The notes: a model not told the origin generated them from the letters alone. A stretch of DNA of 64,000 bases from Planktothrix sp. GU0601_MAG3 (GCA_035193785.1 CP136572.1:3892578-3956577); one strand, 5' to 3'. Shown: positions 12,090-23,080, counted from the first letter of the stretch. Numbers and translations: made by a program.

Positions 12090-13238
12090 ATGACCTCACG
12101 CTATCTGTTATACAAAGATTATGAATCTGGCTTAAATAATAACTTAATGGGGTTAGAAATAGCCGTAGGATTAGCCTATTTAACCCAACGAAAGTTAGTT
12201 TTTTATGGTTCCGTGGGAGAGGATAAAAACATCTTACCTGTGCGGGGTGGCTATTTTTTATCTGTGCCGGAAAGTCGGAAACATATTATTAATATTGACC
12301 GACTTCCCACGATTTTAGATTTAGTGGATAAACTGCCTATTCCTATTTTAAACTATTCAGAATTTTTAGCAGAAACTCAAGGAAAAAATCTCAGCTATTA
12401 TCAGAGTCAGGCGAGATTAGTTAATGCGGTTTTTGTTCCGAATAATATTACAATTGACCCCAAGATTTTATCGGATTTTGCCGAAAATCGCATAATTGTA
12501 AAGGATGTTGAACAGGATATTTTAGAATTTAGTGCCTGTAATTTAGCCTATTATTCTCGCTTTTTTTATCTGCCTTCCCCGACGCTATATTCCCTAATGG
12601 AAGCGATTCAATTTAAACCCATTTATCGGAATTTAGCTGATAAAATCTCTCAAACCCTGGGAGAATATAATGGAATTCATATTCGTCTGACAGACTATCG
12701 CAACTGGATTCCCCACCGAGAAGCCGACCATCCCTATTTAATCTTAAAAACCCTAAAAGAAATTTTTCCCCCGGAAGAACTTTTATTAATTTGTACCGAT
12801 GAATCCGAGAATATGGATTTTTTTAATCCGATTTTAAATTACTATAAAAATGCTATTTTTATTGATCACTTTATTATTGCTAACTGGCAAAAAGAATTTC
12901 AAAATTTACCCTTTACCGATGAACAAACCCTAGGATTAATTTGTAATTTAGTGATATGGAACTGTCAGCAATTCGCGGGTAGTTTTCGCAGTACCTATAC
13001 CGGAATTATCCATAGAAACTGGTTTAGAAAGCAACTCCAAAAGCAACCTAACCCTTCTAAATTAACCTTTAAATTTGTAGAAAGTGGTTTATCCCCTGGA
13101 GAAGTCCAGTTTCATCAAGGTTCCTATGCAGAAATTAATCCTGGTTTTTTTAGTTGGAATCGTATTCATCTCCCCGTGGTCACAGAAATGAAATCTTGGT
13201 GCCGAGAATGGCCGGAATCCGTGTGTTTAACCCTCTAG
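12090..13238 (+). CDS. O-fucosyltransferase-like glycosyltransferase
   Basis: N-terminal GLNN, GIHIRLTD, ICTDE and FAGSFRSTYT motifs resemble the O-FucT/NodZ GT-B superfamily. Confidence 0.65.
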   Translation: MTSRYLLYKDYESGLNNNLMGLEIAVGLAYLTQRKLVFYGSVGEDKNILPVRGGYFLSVPESRKHIINIDRLPTILDLVDKLPIPILNYSEFLAETQGKNLSYYQSQARLVNAVFVPNNITIDPKILSDFAENRIIVKDVEQDILEFSACNLAYYSRFFYLPSPTLYSLMEAIQFKPIYRNLADKISQTLGEYNGIHIRLTDYRNWIPHREADHPYLILKTLKEIFPPEELLLICTDESENMDFFNPILNYYKNAIFIDHFIIANWQKEFQNLPFTDEQTLGLICNLVIWNCQQFAGSFRSTYTGIIHRNWFRKQLQKQPNPSKLTFKFVESGLSPGEVQFHQGSYAEINPGFFSWNRIHLPVVTEMKSWCREWPESVCLTL

Positions 13239-13246
13239 GATAACTA

Positions 13247-13444
13247 CTAATCAACGATTGTGATTTGCCCGGTACTTAATGCTCTCTGGAGGATACAAAC
13301 TAAGTGTTTTTCCTGTTCATCAAGTTGACGCAATAACCAATATCTCATGGCATATCGCTCTTGCCGACTCATAGATTCAGTCTGGAGAATTTTCTCAATC
13401 ATTTGTTGGAAACTCAAGCTGGGAATAGATAATGTTTCAGACAT
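13247..13444 (-). CDS. Small hypothetical protein (65 aa)
   Basis: ATG at 13444; helical pattern ending LQRALSTGQITIVD. Confidence 0.6.
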   Translation of the reverse strand: MSETLSIPSLSFQQMIEKILQTESMSRQERYAMRYWLLRQLDEQEKHLVCILQRALSTGQITIVD

Positions 13445-13778
13445 AAACGTACTTGAAGGCAACTCGTTAGAGGGTATAAATATCTGGTACTGACTCACTC
13501 TATTTAATGATTTTTGTGCTATTCTGGATGTGATCACCCCCATTAATAATAGGTGAGATAGATCACAAAAGTTCAAAAGGTAACGGCCAACAGGGAAATC
13601 CTTCTCATTAAAATTAGGGGATTGGGGGCACGACCCCTTGAGACTTTGTGACCGACGCCCAGCCCGTTTGTTTTGATTTAAGACTTGACCTTTCTTTGAA
13701 TGGGGGAATGGTTGTCGATTTGCACAGCTTAAAGAGTAAAATCTTCTTGTTCGCTATTTTTGATTCAAGGAGACTCCA

Positions 13779-14135
13779 TTGAAAAAGATCTTATCAGTCC
13801 TTATTTCGAGTTTTCTATTGTTAACAGTCCTGGTGTCTAAACCTGCATTAGCAGAAGGAGTTTTAAGTGGGTCTACCATTTTTTCCAACTCCTGTGCAGC
13901 TTGCCACATTAACGGAAATAACGTTATAGTTGCTAACAAAACTCTCAAAAAAGAAGCATTTATTAAATACTTAAAAGGATATAAAGAAAATCCTCTGGCT
14001 GCAATTATTAACCAAATCACCAATGGTAAAAATGCGATGCCAGCTTTTAAAAGTCGGTTAACTTCCAGAGAAATTACAACCGTTGCCGCCTATGTTGTTG
14101 AACAAGCTGAAAAAGCATGGTCGCCATTGGAATAA
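13779..14135 (+). CDS. petJ: Cytochrome c6 family protein
   Basis: Signal peptide, CAACH heme motif and GKNAMPAF; paralog class (c6 versus c6-like) not resolved. Confidence 0.8.
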   Translation: MKKILSVLISSFLLLTVLVSKPALAEGVLSGSTIFSNSCAACHINGNNVIVANKTLKKEAFIKYLKGYKENPLAAIINQITNGKNAMPAFKSRLTSREITTVAAYVVEQAEKAWSPLE

Positions 14136-14307
14136 ATTTCCTTAGATCATAATATTATGGGAGCAAATTTCCCAGTTCAACCCCAATATCTGTTATCTTG
14201 GATATCAAAACTATGCCAAACAGCTTGTGAGTCATAAGCCTCTGGAAAACTCAGAGTTGCCTGGTTCCACACCGCACTTTTGTCCGTCAAATCTGTATCA
14301 AAAATCA

Positions 14308-15409
14308 ATGTTTACACAAGTGCATTTGACAGAGCGACACCATCATATTCTGTGGGCTACGATTCGTCACTATATTGCGACGGCCGAAACCCGTGGGTTC
14401 TAAGGCTTTGGTGGAAGAATACAACCTCAAAGTCAGTCCCGCCACTATTCGCAACGGTATGGGGGTCTTAGAACGGGCTGGACTCCTGTATCAGCCCCAT
14501 ACCTCCGCCGGACGCATCCCCTCGGACTCGGGGTATCGGATTTATGTCGATAAACTGATTACCCCCTCAGAAACCGTTGCGGATGAGGCGCTGCACCTGT
14601 TACGCGAACAACTGAATTTAAAAAACTGTAGTTTGGAAGCGGTTTTGCGGGGGGCGTCGCAAATTTTATCAACTTTGAGTGGATATATTACCTTAGTTAC
14701 ACTCCCGAAAACCGTCACTACCCGGTTACGACATTTGCATTTGGTTTCCATAGAACCCGGGAAAATCATGTTAGTGGTGGTGACGGACTCCTATCAAACT
14801 CAGTCCAGTTTAATTGATTTATCTCCAACGAATTCTCTCTCGGATTCTGAGGCGATGGGAGTTAATCTTTTACCCAAAGATCAGGAAGTTTTAGAACAGG
14901 AATTGCAACTGCTTTCTAATTTCTTAAATGCTCAACTCAGGGGCAAATCTATTTCTGAACTTTCGATTTTAGATTGGAGTGAATTAGATCGGGAATTTCA
15001 GTGCTATTCTGACTTTTTAATAAAGTTATTAACGGATTTAAGTTTTCGTAGCCAAACCCCAGAATATACTCCAATTCTGATTAGTGGCATTGCTGAACTT
15101 TTACATTTACCTGAATTTTCCCAATTGCAACAGGTGAAAACTTTGATGCACTTATTAGAAGAAGAGCAGGAACAATTGTGGCCGTTAATTTTTCCCAATC
15201 CCAAACAAGAACAACGGGTTACGGTTCGCATTGGGTCGGAAAATCCCTTAGAACCCATTCAAGGCTGTACCTTGGTTTCTGCACCCTATCGACGGGATAA
15301 TATTCCGGTCGGAAGTGTGGGAATTTTAGGCCCGACTCGGATGATGTATGAAAATGCGATCGCCGTGGTTGAAGCCGCCGCCGATTATTTGTCTGAAGCA
15401 CTGAGTTAA
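14308..15409 (+). CDS. hrcA: Heat-inducible transcription repressor HrcA (apparent frameshift at 14386)
   Basis: Repaired N-terminus [44 protein letters not shown] and GILGPTRM motifs. Confidence 0.93.
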
Positions 15410-15427
15410 TTTTTAGTCCCTAAATTT

Positions 15428-15815
15428 ATGGTGGGTTTAGAAACCTTTAAAAAATAGCTTATCTTCCTTTGTTCATCTTCTGGGATTTTGCTTAGAAGCC
15501 CTCTCCGCTTTTTGCATATTATTAGGATTAATTAGTACCTTAAAAATAGCCCTAGCGAGTTTCCGCCGTCGGCAAATTTTTCCCTTTATAGAATTACGTC
15601 TTAACTTTGGCAGTTGGTTAGCTTTAGCCCTGGAATTTCAGTTGGGTGCAGATATTTTGTTCACAACCGTTACACCGTCTTTTATTGCTTTAGGTCAGTT
15701 AGCGGCTATTGCTGTAATTCGGACATTTTTAAACTATTTCTTAAATAAAGAATTAGAAATGGAAACCAAATTTCAGAATAATTTAAAGGGGAAATCTTCC
15801 CTGGATCAGTTATAA
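15428..15815 (+). CDS. DUF1622 family membrane protein (apparent frameshift at 15440; absent from the ORF track)
   Basis: Manual translation contains LALEFQLGADIL and AIAVIRTFLNYFL. Confidence 0.8.
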
Positions 15816-15818
15816 AAT

Positions 15819-16604
15819 ATGACAGTAAATTCTGATATTTTAAGACAGGCAGAAATAGCAATTACTGAGTTTGAAAATTCAAAAATTACCGGAGTTTGGA
15901 CGGGATTAGATCAACAACAAATTATTGCAGAATTGCGATCGCGTTTGGTTAATCCTTTTAATATTAATCAAGAAACTCAACCATTTTGTGGCCCGGCTGC
16001 AATTATTTTTGAACTAATTAGAAAAAATCCTCTTGCTTATATTCAACTCTGCCGTAATTTGTTTCAAATTGGGGGATTTCATACCCAAACCAATCGTTGG
16101 ATTTCTCCACCTCAATGGTTACAAGAAAGTCCCTTAAATTTACAAATTCCCCAAGTAGATTGGATGGTTTTATCCACCCTTAGAGAATCAGAAAATATTA
16201 TTTTTTCTGTAGATCCAAATGCCCCTCAACTATTAAGAAATTTGGCGGGAATAACTAAACCTTGGGAAATGGCAGGGTGGATTAAGGAAATTTTAGGCTA
16301 TCAAACCGTTAATGATAGAAATGCTTACTTATTTGGGGATTTAGAAGCCATTGAAACCGCAAATCAGATGATTGAATCCGGTGGTGTCGCCTTTGCCTTA
16401 ATTAATGATTCGGGTTTACTCCTAAATCAACCGCCCGTTTTTCCCTATCCTAATCATTGGGTGGCATTATTAGAGAAAATTCAAATTAATCTCAACAGCA
16501 ATTTGATTAATTTTAAAGTCTATACCTGGGGACAGGAAATGCAAATTACTGTTGATTTAAAAACCTTTAAAACCCATTTTTGGGAAGTGGTAATCGGAAT
16601 TTAA
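15819..16604 (+). CDS. Hypothetical protein, possible papain-like Cys protease
   Basis: NQETQPFCGPAA, NHWVAL and YTWG motifs. Confidence 0.55.
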   Translation: MTVNSDILRQAEIAITEFENSKITGVWTGLDQQQIIAELRSRLVNPFNINQETQPFCGPAAIIFELIRKNPLAYIQLCRNLFQIGGFHTQTNRWISPPQWLQESPLNLQIPQVDWMVLSTLRESENIIFSVDPNAPQLLRNLAGITKPWEMAGWIKEILGYQTVNDRNAYLFGDLEAIETANQMIESGGVAFALINDSGLLLNQPPVFPYPNHWVALLEKIQINLNSNLINFKVYTWGQEMQITVDLKTFKTHFWEVVIGI

Positions 16605-16612
16605 AGTTAAAT

Positions 16613-17344
16613 TTAATTAACTTCAATATTACCAATTAATGAATTAGTAATAATCCGTTTAACTCCCAGATTAACTAACTTTTTAAAATCCTCTAAATCA
16701 TCCACCGTCCAAACCACAATATCTACCCCCTGATTTCGACTTTGGGTAATTATTTCAGGATGCTCTAAAATCACAGAATAATCTACGGTTAAAATAGCAT
16801 TTACTTTACTAATAGCGGTTTGCAGTTGCTGTTCAAACTGCTTAAAATCAATTAAAAAATATCCCAGGATGATTTCGGGACAATATCCCCGAATTTGGTC
16901 TAAAAATTCCTGATTAAATGAAGTCATAATCGACTTGTTGATCAAGTTATTATTAATTAATAAATCTCCCAACTGTTTGATTTCTAAGTCTGACCATTGA
17001 TGATCGGGTTTAACATCAAAATATAAAAAATCTTTAACTTCTTGAAAAGATGCGATCGCATTTTCTAAGGTCGGAATACTTTCCCCAGCAAATCTTTCTG
17101 CAAACCACGATCCCGCATCTAATTCTTTTAATTCTGCTACGGTTTTTTCGGAAATTTTACCCGATACTCCCGTAATTCTGTTTAACTCTTGATCATGGAA
17201 AATAACCGGAATTCCATCCGCAGAAACCTGTAAATCAAATTCTAGGGAATTTGCCCCCTGTTGCAAAGCAGCACTAAACGCCACTAGGGTATTTTCCGGC
17301 GCCATCACCGAAAAACCTCGATGGGCAATAATTTCTAAATCCAC
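16613..17344 (-). CDS. Glycerophosphodiester phosphodiesterase family protein
   Basis: IAHRG, PENT, EFD, IFHD and WTVD motifs. Confidence 0.92.
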   Translation of the reverse strand: MDLEIIAHRGFSVMAPENTLVAFSAALQQGANSLEFDLQVSADGIPVIFHDQELNRITGVSGKISEKTVAELKELDAGSWFAERFAGESIPTLENAIASFQEVKDFLYFDVKPDHQWSDLEIKQLGDLLINNNLINKSIMTSFNQEFLDQIRGYCPEIILGYFLIDFKQFEQQLQTAISKVNAILTVDYSVILEHPEIITQSRNQGVDIVVWTVDDLEDFKKLVNLGVKRIITNSLIGNIEVN

Positions 17345-17369
17345 AATTTTACCTCTATTTTTACTATAA

Positions 17370-18233
17370 TTAGTTTACCACAATTTGAGTATTTAAAAAC
17401 CCTTCAACCGTTTGATTAAAACTTTCAGGTTCGACTAGAAATGACCAATGATTTCCCGCTACACGCTGAATTTCTAATCGAGTTAAATACTGTTTATAGG
17501 GTTTTAATTGCCAGTCCATGCGATTTACACCTTTTTCTGGTTGGATTAATAATGTAGGAATATCAATATTTTCTGTTAACCCAGGAACTTCCATCACCTG
17601 TTCAAAAATTTCATTCCTAGCAGCAATTCCAAATTTACTTCCCCAACTTCCATCGGGTTTTTGTTCCATTCCCATTTGAAATAATTCCTGTTGTAAATCA
17701 CTCCATCCTGAAAATTGAGCTAATTGTTTAGCCAGATTTTCCGCCTGTTCAAAACTGGTAAATGGCCCCATTAATTTTAAGCAAGCTAACTGACGGTATA
17801 GAATAGGTAAAGTTAGTTTAAACAAACCCGGAAGTTTCATAATGAAAATTGGATCAACTAAGATCAGGCTATTAAACCGTTTAGGATTTTTTTGTGCCCA
17901 AATTGCCACCAGTTTCCCCGTCCAAGAATGTCCTAAAATATGGGCTTTTGACCAGTTTAGATGCTCCATTAAGGCTTCTAAATCTTCAATGACTTCGGTA
18001 AAGGTATAGCCGTGGTCGGGTTTACTACTTTCTCCATGTCCGCGCATATCAGGTGCTATAATATGATAGCGATCGCTTAATTTTTCTGCTAATTTTTTCC
18101 AGACTAATGCCTGATCTGCTAACCCATGTAATAACAAAATATTGGTATCCGAGGAAGTTTGAATAGCAGAATTCCATTCTAAATAAGATAAATTTATTTT
18201 TGATAACGATAAATTATTTCTAACACAACTCAT
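17370..18233 (-). CDS. Alpha/beta hydrolase
   Basis: LLHG, DMRGHGES and GHSW nucleophile elbow. Confidence 0.9.
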   Translation of the reverse strand: MSCVRNNLSLSKINLSYLEWNSAIQTSSDTNILLLHGLADQALVWKKLAEKLSDRYHIIAPDMRGHGESSKPDHGYTFTEVIEDLEALMEHLNWSKAHILGHSWTGKLVAIWAQKNPKRFNSLILVDPIFIMKLPGLFKLTLPILYRQLACLKLMGPFTSFEQAENLAKQLAQFSGWSDLQQELFQMGMEQKPDGSWGSKFGIAARNEIFEQVMEVPGLTENIDIPTLLIQPEKGVNRMDWQLKPYKQYLTRLEIQRVAGNHWSFLVEPESFNQTVEGFLNTQIVVN

Positions 18234-18491
18234 GTTTTGTCCTCTTGAAATAATTAATTAGTTGGCTGGCTGGATATAGCACAACTTTTGTTCAGATTGT
18301 CATATTTTATTATAACCCAAAAAAGTCTTAAAACCTATCTAACTTTAGTTCAAACAATGGTCAACATCTTTTACAGTTACATCAATCCCAGCCTCCTCAA
18401 ATTTAATCCAATAATTACACATAATCCACACCTTCCCCGAATCTGTAACACGCCGTTGATTATCTTTTGTTGCGGTGTTACCGTTCGACTA

Positions 18492-18543
18492 GCTCATGGC
18501 TCACGACTCAAGGCTTACGGCTCAAGGCTCACGGCTTACGGCT
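18492..18543 (+). repeat. Heptamer array (GGCTYAC-like)
   Basis: Degenerate 7-bp tandem units upstream of prk. Confidence 0.7.
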
Positions 18544-18878
18544 AACTACGCAGCCTGTTGAGGTATTCCGGTGTTGCGGTGTTCCCTTTTGAGCCTAAAT
18601 TTTGGATGCAATTCAAATAGGATTGCTATATATTGAAATTAATGCTTGTAGGGATGATCCCCTTCTGGTAAAATCAGAAGCAAAAGTTAGTATTAAATAC
18701 TTAGCTTGCCTAAGTGCAAGGCCTTCTGTCAGTGGGGAGTCTGTTCACTACCACAAAGTTGAGGTTTACTCCACCTTCGGATCAGGTGAAGACTCAACGG
18801 TGCTGGCATTGGTCAAGGTTTTAATGCTTTAAATTCAATGATCTAAGTTGTCAACAGTTTCTTTTAGGGTAGAGGAAG

Positions 18879-19883
18879 ATGGGAAATAAGCCGAACCGCG
18901 TGGTTTTAATTGGTGTTGCTGGAGATTCTGGGTGCGGAAAATCAACATTTTTACGTCGGATAACAGACATCTTTGGAAAAGATTTTGTAACGGTTATCTG
19001 TTTAGATGATTACCATTGTTTAGATCGTAAGCAACGCAAAGAAACCGGAATTACCGCTCTTGATCCTAGAGCTAATAATTTCGATTTAATGTATCAGCAA
19101 GTTAACGCTCTGAAAAATGGTATATCTATTGATAAACCCATTTATAATCACGAAACTGGCGAGTTAGATCCCCCCGAACGGGTCGATCCTAATCATATTA
19201 TTGTGATTGAAGGGTTACATCCGTTATATGACGAACGGGTGCGATCGCTGCTTGATTTTAGTGTTTATTTAGATATCAGCGACGAAGTTAAAATTTCGTG
19301 GAAAATTCAGCGCGACATGGCGGAACGGGGACATCGTTACGAAGATGTTTTGGCGGCAATTAATGCTCGTCGTCCCGATTTTGAAGCCTATATTGACCCC
19401 CAAAAGCAATATGCGGATGTGGTGGTTCAAATTCTACCCACCAACCTGATCGCTGAAGATAAAGAACATAAAGTTCTGCGGGTGCGTTTGGTACAGAAAG
19501 AAGGTGTGGAAGGACTCGAACCCGCCTACCTGTTTGATCAAGGATCAACCATTTACTGGACACCTTGCGGACGTAAACTGACCTGTTCCTATCCAGGTCT
19601 GAAAATGTATTATGGCCCCGATAACTACTACGGAAACGAAGTATCTATCCTCGAAGTTGATGGTCAATTCGATAACCTCGATGAGATGATCTACGTCGAA
19701 GGGCACTTAAGCAATTTATCTACGAAATACTATGGAGAAATGACCCATCTCCTCCGCGAACGCCAAGAGTACCCCGGTTCCAATAATGGTAGCGGATTAT
19801 TCCAGGTGTTAGTTGGTCTGAAAATGCGGGCGACCTACGAGCGCTTAGTTGGAGCTAACGAAAAAGTTGCAGCAACGGTCTAA
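18879..19883 (+). CDS. prk: Phosphoribulokinase
   Basis: GVAGDSGCGKST, ICLDDYH and KIQRDMAERGH motifs. Confidence 0.97.
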   Translation: MGNKPNRVVLIGVAGDSGCGKSTFLRRITDIFGKDFVTVICLDDYHCLDRKQRKETGITALDPRANNFDLMYQQVNALKNGISIDKPIYNHETGELDPPERVDPNHIIVIEGLHPLYDERVRSLLDFSVYLDISDEVKISWKIQRDMAERGHRYEDVLAAINARRPDFEAYIDPQKQYADVVVQILPTNLIAEDKEHKVLRVRLVQKEGVEGLEPAYLFDQGSTIYWTPCGRKLTCSYPGLKMYYGPDNYYGNEVSILEVDGQFDNLDEMIYVEGHLSNLSTKYYGEMTHLLRERQEYPGSNNGSGLFQVLVGLKMRATYERLVGANEKVAATV

Positions 19884-19915
19884 TTTTCATCGGTTAGCCG
19901 TTCAATTAAACTCAG

Positions 19916-19950
19916 ATAACGCGGGATCAACGAATCTCGCGTTATTTTTT
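19916..19950 (+). terminator. Intrinsic terminator after prk
   Basis: ATAACGCGGGAT...ATCTCGCGTTAT stem followed by a T run. Confidence 0.75.
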
Positions 19951-19957
19951 ATTTTGC

Positions 19958-19978
19958 CCGTTGTTGCGCTTCAGCGCA
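19958..19978 (+). repeat. REP-like mini-hairpin (copy 2)
   Basis: Identical to 2591-2611. Confidence 0.8.
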
Positions 19979-19997
19979 CCTCTTAAATGAATTATAT

Positions 19998-20025
19998 GTA
20001 GGAGTAATTCATAAATGACCCCTAC
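19998..20025. repeat. Degenerate GTAG-type REP palindrome
   Basis: GTAGGAGTAATTCATAAATGACCCCTAC: 28 bp with GTAGG...CCTAC ends, like the REPs at 37.6-38.5 kb. Confidence 0.6.
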
Positions 20026-20042
20026 ATATAACCGCTATACAT

Positions 20043-20375
20043 TTAAACATTGGAGCGGTTCAAAAAGTGTGAATCTAAAACTTTTTTAACAGAATCACTT
20101 AAGATTTGAATTTGATTTTCCTCCAAGTTTTCAGACGCATTAAGTTCAGGTTCCGAGCCAATTTCTGTTAATTTAGAATTGATTTGAGGGTTAACGTCAC
20201 AAAACTCAATAATAGCTTCCGATATAGATTCAATCCGATCAGAATCCGATTCCGTCTCTGAGTTATCCAAAACCGTTTCTAATCGAGTTAAATCATTTAA
20301 AACTTCTGCCGAAAATAGTTCGGGTTTTTGGGTCACAATTTCAGAAAAAAAGGTAATCACCTGTTGAGATTTCAT
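20043..20375 (-). CDS. Hypothetical acidic protein
   Basis: 110-aa ORF from ATG 20375. Confidence 0.6.
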   Translation of the reverse strand: MKSQQVITFFSEIVTQKPELFSAEVLNDLTRLETVLDNSETESDSDRIESISEAIIEFCDVNPQINSKLTEIGSEPELNASENLEENQIQILSDSVKKVLDSHFLNRSNV

Positions 20376-20513
20376 AGCAATCGGTATCCTGACTAAGATT
20401 GACAAAGATATTTTAATCCTAGAGTATCAAAAATTGCTCAAAAATGCTAATCATAAATTCCTCCGTTAGTCAAATTCGAGCAGATTCAGAGTTTCTCCCC
20501 ATAGCAAGATTGC

Positions 20514-21591
20514 CTATTTGCCCTTATTGGGGTTTTTAGCCTGTTTCTAAAGCAATTTCTTTTACCGCTTGGAAGGAACTAATATTAGAAGCACCTTCGA
20601 TGGCTTTTACCGCTAAATCTTGAACCTGTTTTAAGGCAGAATCCAATTGTTTTGATAGGGTTTGTAAACGAGTCTCTTGACTTTGAATGGTTTCCATTAA
20701 GGACTTAACCCGCAATTCATAATATTGTTTCTGACCTTCTACTTCTTTGGCGAGTAAATCCGATTTAATTTTGGCTTGATAATTGCCAATATTCCGTCCC
20801 AGGTCTTTCCCCCGTTTGATATTATCTTCCAACTTTTGAGGAAATTCTTCTACTTTTGTTTTAACTTCTGCATAAAGTTTTTCCCGTTCAAAAATCGTTT
20901 TTTCTCGTTCTGACCATTGTTTTTCCTGTTCTGATTGCAAATCATCAAGCTGTTTATACAGGGTTTTCTTAGCTTGTGAATAGGTATCAATATCAATATC
21001 TCGTTGTAATTTTAAATTATAATCGTATGTTTCTTGATCCCGCGATCGCGATTTTTGATAGGTTTCATTGCGTTCTTTAATTATCCGTTGATATTCTTCC
21101 TGTTCTTTTTGCCATGCTTTTTGCTGTTCTTGAAATTCCTGTTCTAAGGTTTCTCGTTGTAAACTTAACTCCTGATCAAAGGTTTTTGCACTGGTTTCAT
21201 AGCGTTGAACTAAGGTTTCTAAGGTGTCATCTTCAACGGTTTCTAAATCATGTAATTCTGCTAATTGTTGCAATTCCTGGGTAACATTATAACGCAATTC
21301 TCCCAGTTTTATCGCTTCGGATGTTAGTTGTTCTGACAATTCATTAATTGCACTACCAAACCCCGTTTGTAATAGCAATAAATTATCAATAGTTTGCTGC
21401 ATTTTGGGTTTTTGGACAACGGGTATAGGGGTCATAGGTTTAATCTTTTCTTCACTAATAGGTTTAACTTCTTTGGGAGTAGAACTCAGTTGTTTAATCT
21501 GGGTTTCTAAATCATTTTTTTCTTGAGCTAACTCTTGATAGGCTTCCAAAAGTTCGGCTTTAGTATTGCGATCGCTTACTTTTTTAGTCAT
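20514..21591 (-). CDS. Long coiled-coil protein B (apparent frameshift at 20543)
   Basis: E/Q/K-rich heptads; paralog of the upstream gene; repaired C-terminus ALEQAKNPNKGK*. Confidence 0.8.
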
Positions 21592-21646
21592 TTTTTTTCT
21601 TTATTTTGGGTATAGTTAAGAACTAAAATCAGCTAAATTCTAGGGT

Positions 21647-22649
21647 TTATTTCGTCCCACTATTAGAACTGGTAGAACTAGAAAAAGCCCGCATTGCTAG
21701 ATCTTGAGCTTGTTTTAAGGTTTCTTGTAACTGAGTAGTAATTTGGGTAATTTGTTCATTTTGTCGTTGAATAGTTTGTTCCAAAGATTGAACTTGTAAC
21801 TCATAACCCTGTTTATTAGATTCCCATTCTTTCGCCAATAAATCTGATTTAACTTTTGCTTCTCTTGTGGCTTCTTGAATTGCTTCTTCCTTCGCCTGAT
21901 CATGGGCTTGTTTTAGTTGTTCTTCATAGCCAGCAACCTGCTGTTGATTGGCTTCAAATTCCGCTTGATTTACCGTGAGAATTTGTTCTCTTTCTGTCCA
22001 ATTTTTATCTTTTTCTTGATTTAATTCTAATAACTCCCGTTCTAATTTCCGTCTGATATCTTCATATTCATCCGTTTCAATTCTTCGAGTGCGTTTCTAA
22101 CTCATAATTATAATCGGCTTCCCCCTGTTCACGACTGCGGGTTAAACGTTCTATTTCTTCCTCAACCGTAGTATCAAATTCCTGTTGTTCCTTTCCCCAA
22201 ATTTTGTGTTTTGTGGTAATATCTTTTTGTAAAACTTCTTGCCCCAGGGCGGCATTTTGTTCTAATAAACTTAACTTTTCCTGATGTTCCTGGGTTAAAA
22301 TATGTAAAGCATCAGCCACAATCCGAATTTTATGAATTTCCTTGAAATGCTGATCTTCGACCTCAATTCCTCGCTTTAATTCCTCTAATTTTGTTGATTC
22401 TGTTCGTAACTTTTCCGTTAATTCCGTAATCACAGAACCAAAATCTAGCTGTAAATCTGCTAACCCTTTAACAATACTATCGACGGTATAAGTCGCCGCA
22501 GTTTCTAAAATTTGTTTGCCTTTTTCTTGCTCCGCTTCCTGTTCCTTGGTGGCAACTTTTGACTCAATGCGTTTTTGTTCGGCTAAAATTTGTTGAAAGG
22601 CGGCTAAAAGTTGGGTTTTGCTACTGGGGACAAAAGGGGAATGGGTCAT
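21647..22649 (-). CDS. Long coiled-coil protein A, about 333 aa (apparent frameshift at 22093)
   Basis: Track fragments join into one frame on removing one base; shares KSDLLAKE...YEL.V.SL..TIQ.Q...L...LKQ.QDLA with protein B. Confidence 0.8.
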
Positions 22650-22713
22650 GATCAGTTTCTCCGTTTACAACATCAGCTAGACTAACAAGAATGATTAGAT
22701 ATCCCGTTAAACA

Positions 22714-23080
22714 TTAATTTTGTTTTCGCAGTTGGGTCACAATATCTTGATATTTTTCAGTGGGTACTGGAGCAAGATGGGTGGGATTTTTAGCGATCGC
22801 CTGTAGAATATTTTGACAATTTTGACAACGATTTCCTTCCCAACAATAGCAATTTTTAACGAAGTTCAGTAATAAACTTTGCAATTGTTGATTTTGGTCT
22901 AACAAAGCCTGATAATTGCGCTGAAACCGATTGCACAACTAAAGATAAATGCTTAATATCTTCACCGATATTTTCCAAATCCTGCATCGTATCTTGACGG
23001 ACTTGATAGGTTAATTCACGGGTTTGGATGAATTGATTTTCAACCGAATCACCGGGTTTTAGGGGAATCGTTTTTTTCAT
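22714..23080 (-). CDS. Small coiled-coil protein with CxC-x4-CxxC motif, about 121 aa (apparent frameshift at 22923)
   Basis: Two 74-aa track ORFs join as VVQSVQRNYQ; contains CYCWEGNRCQNC. Confidence 0.7.
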
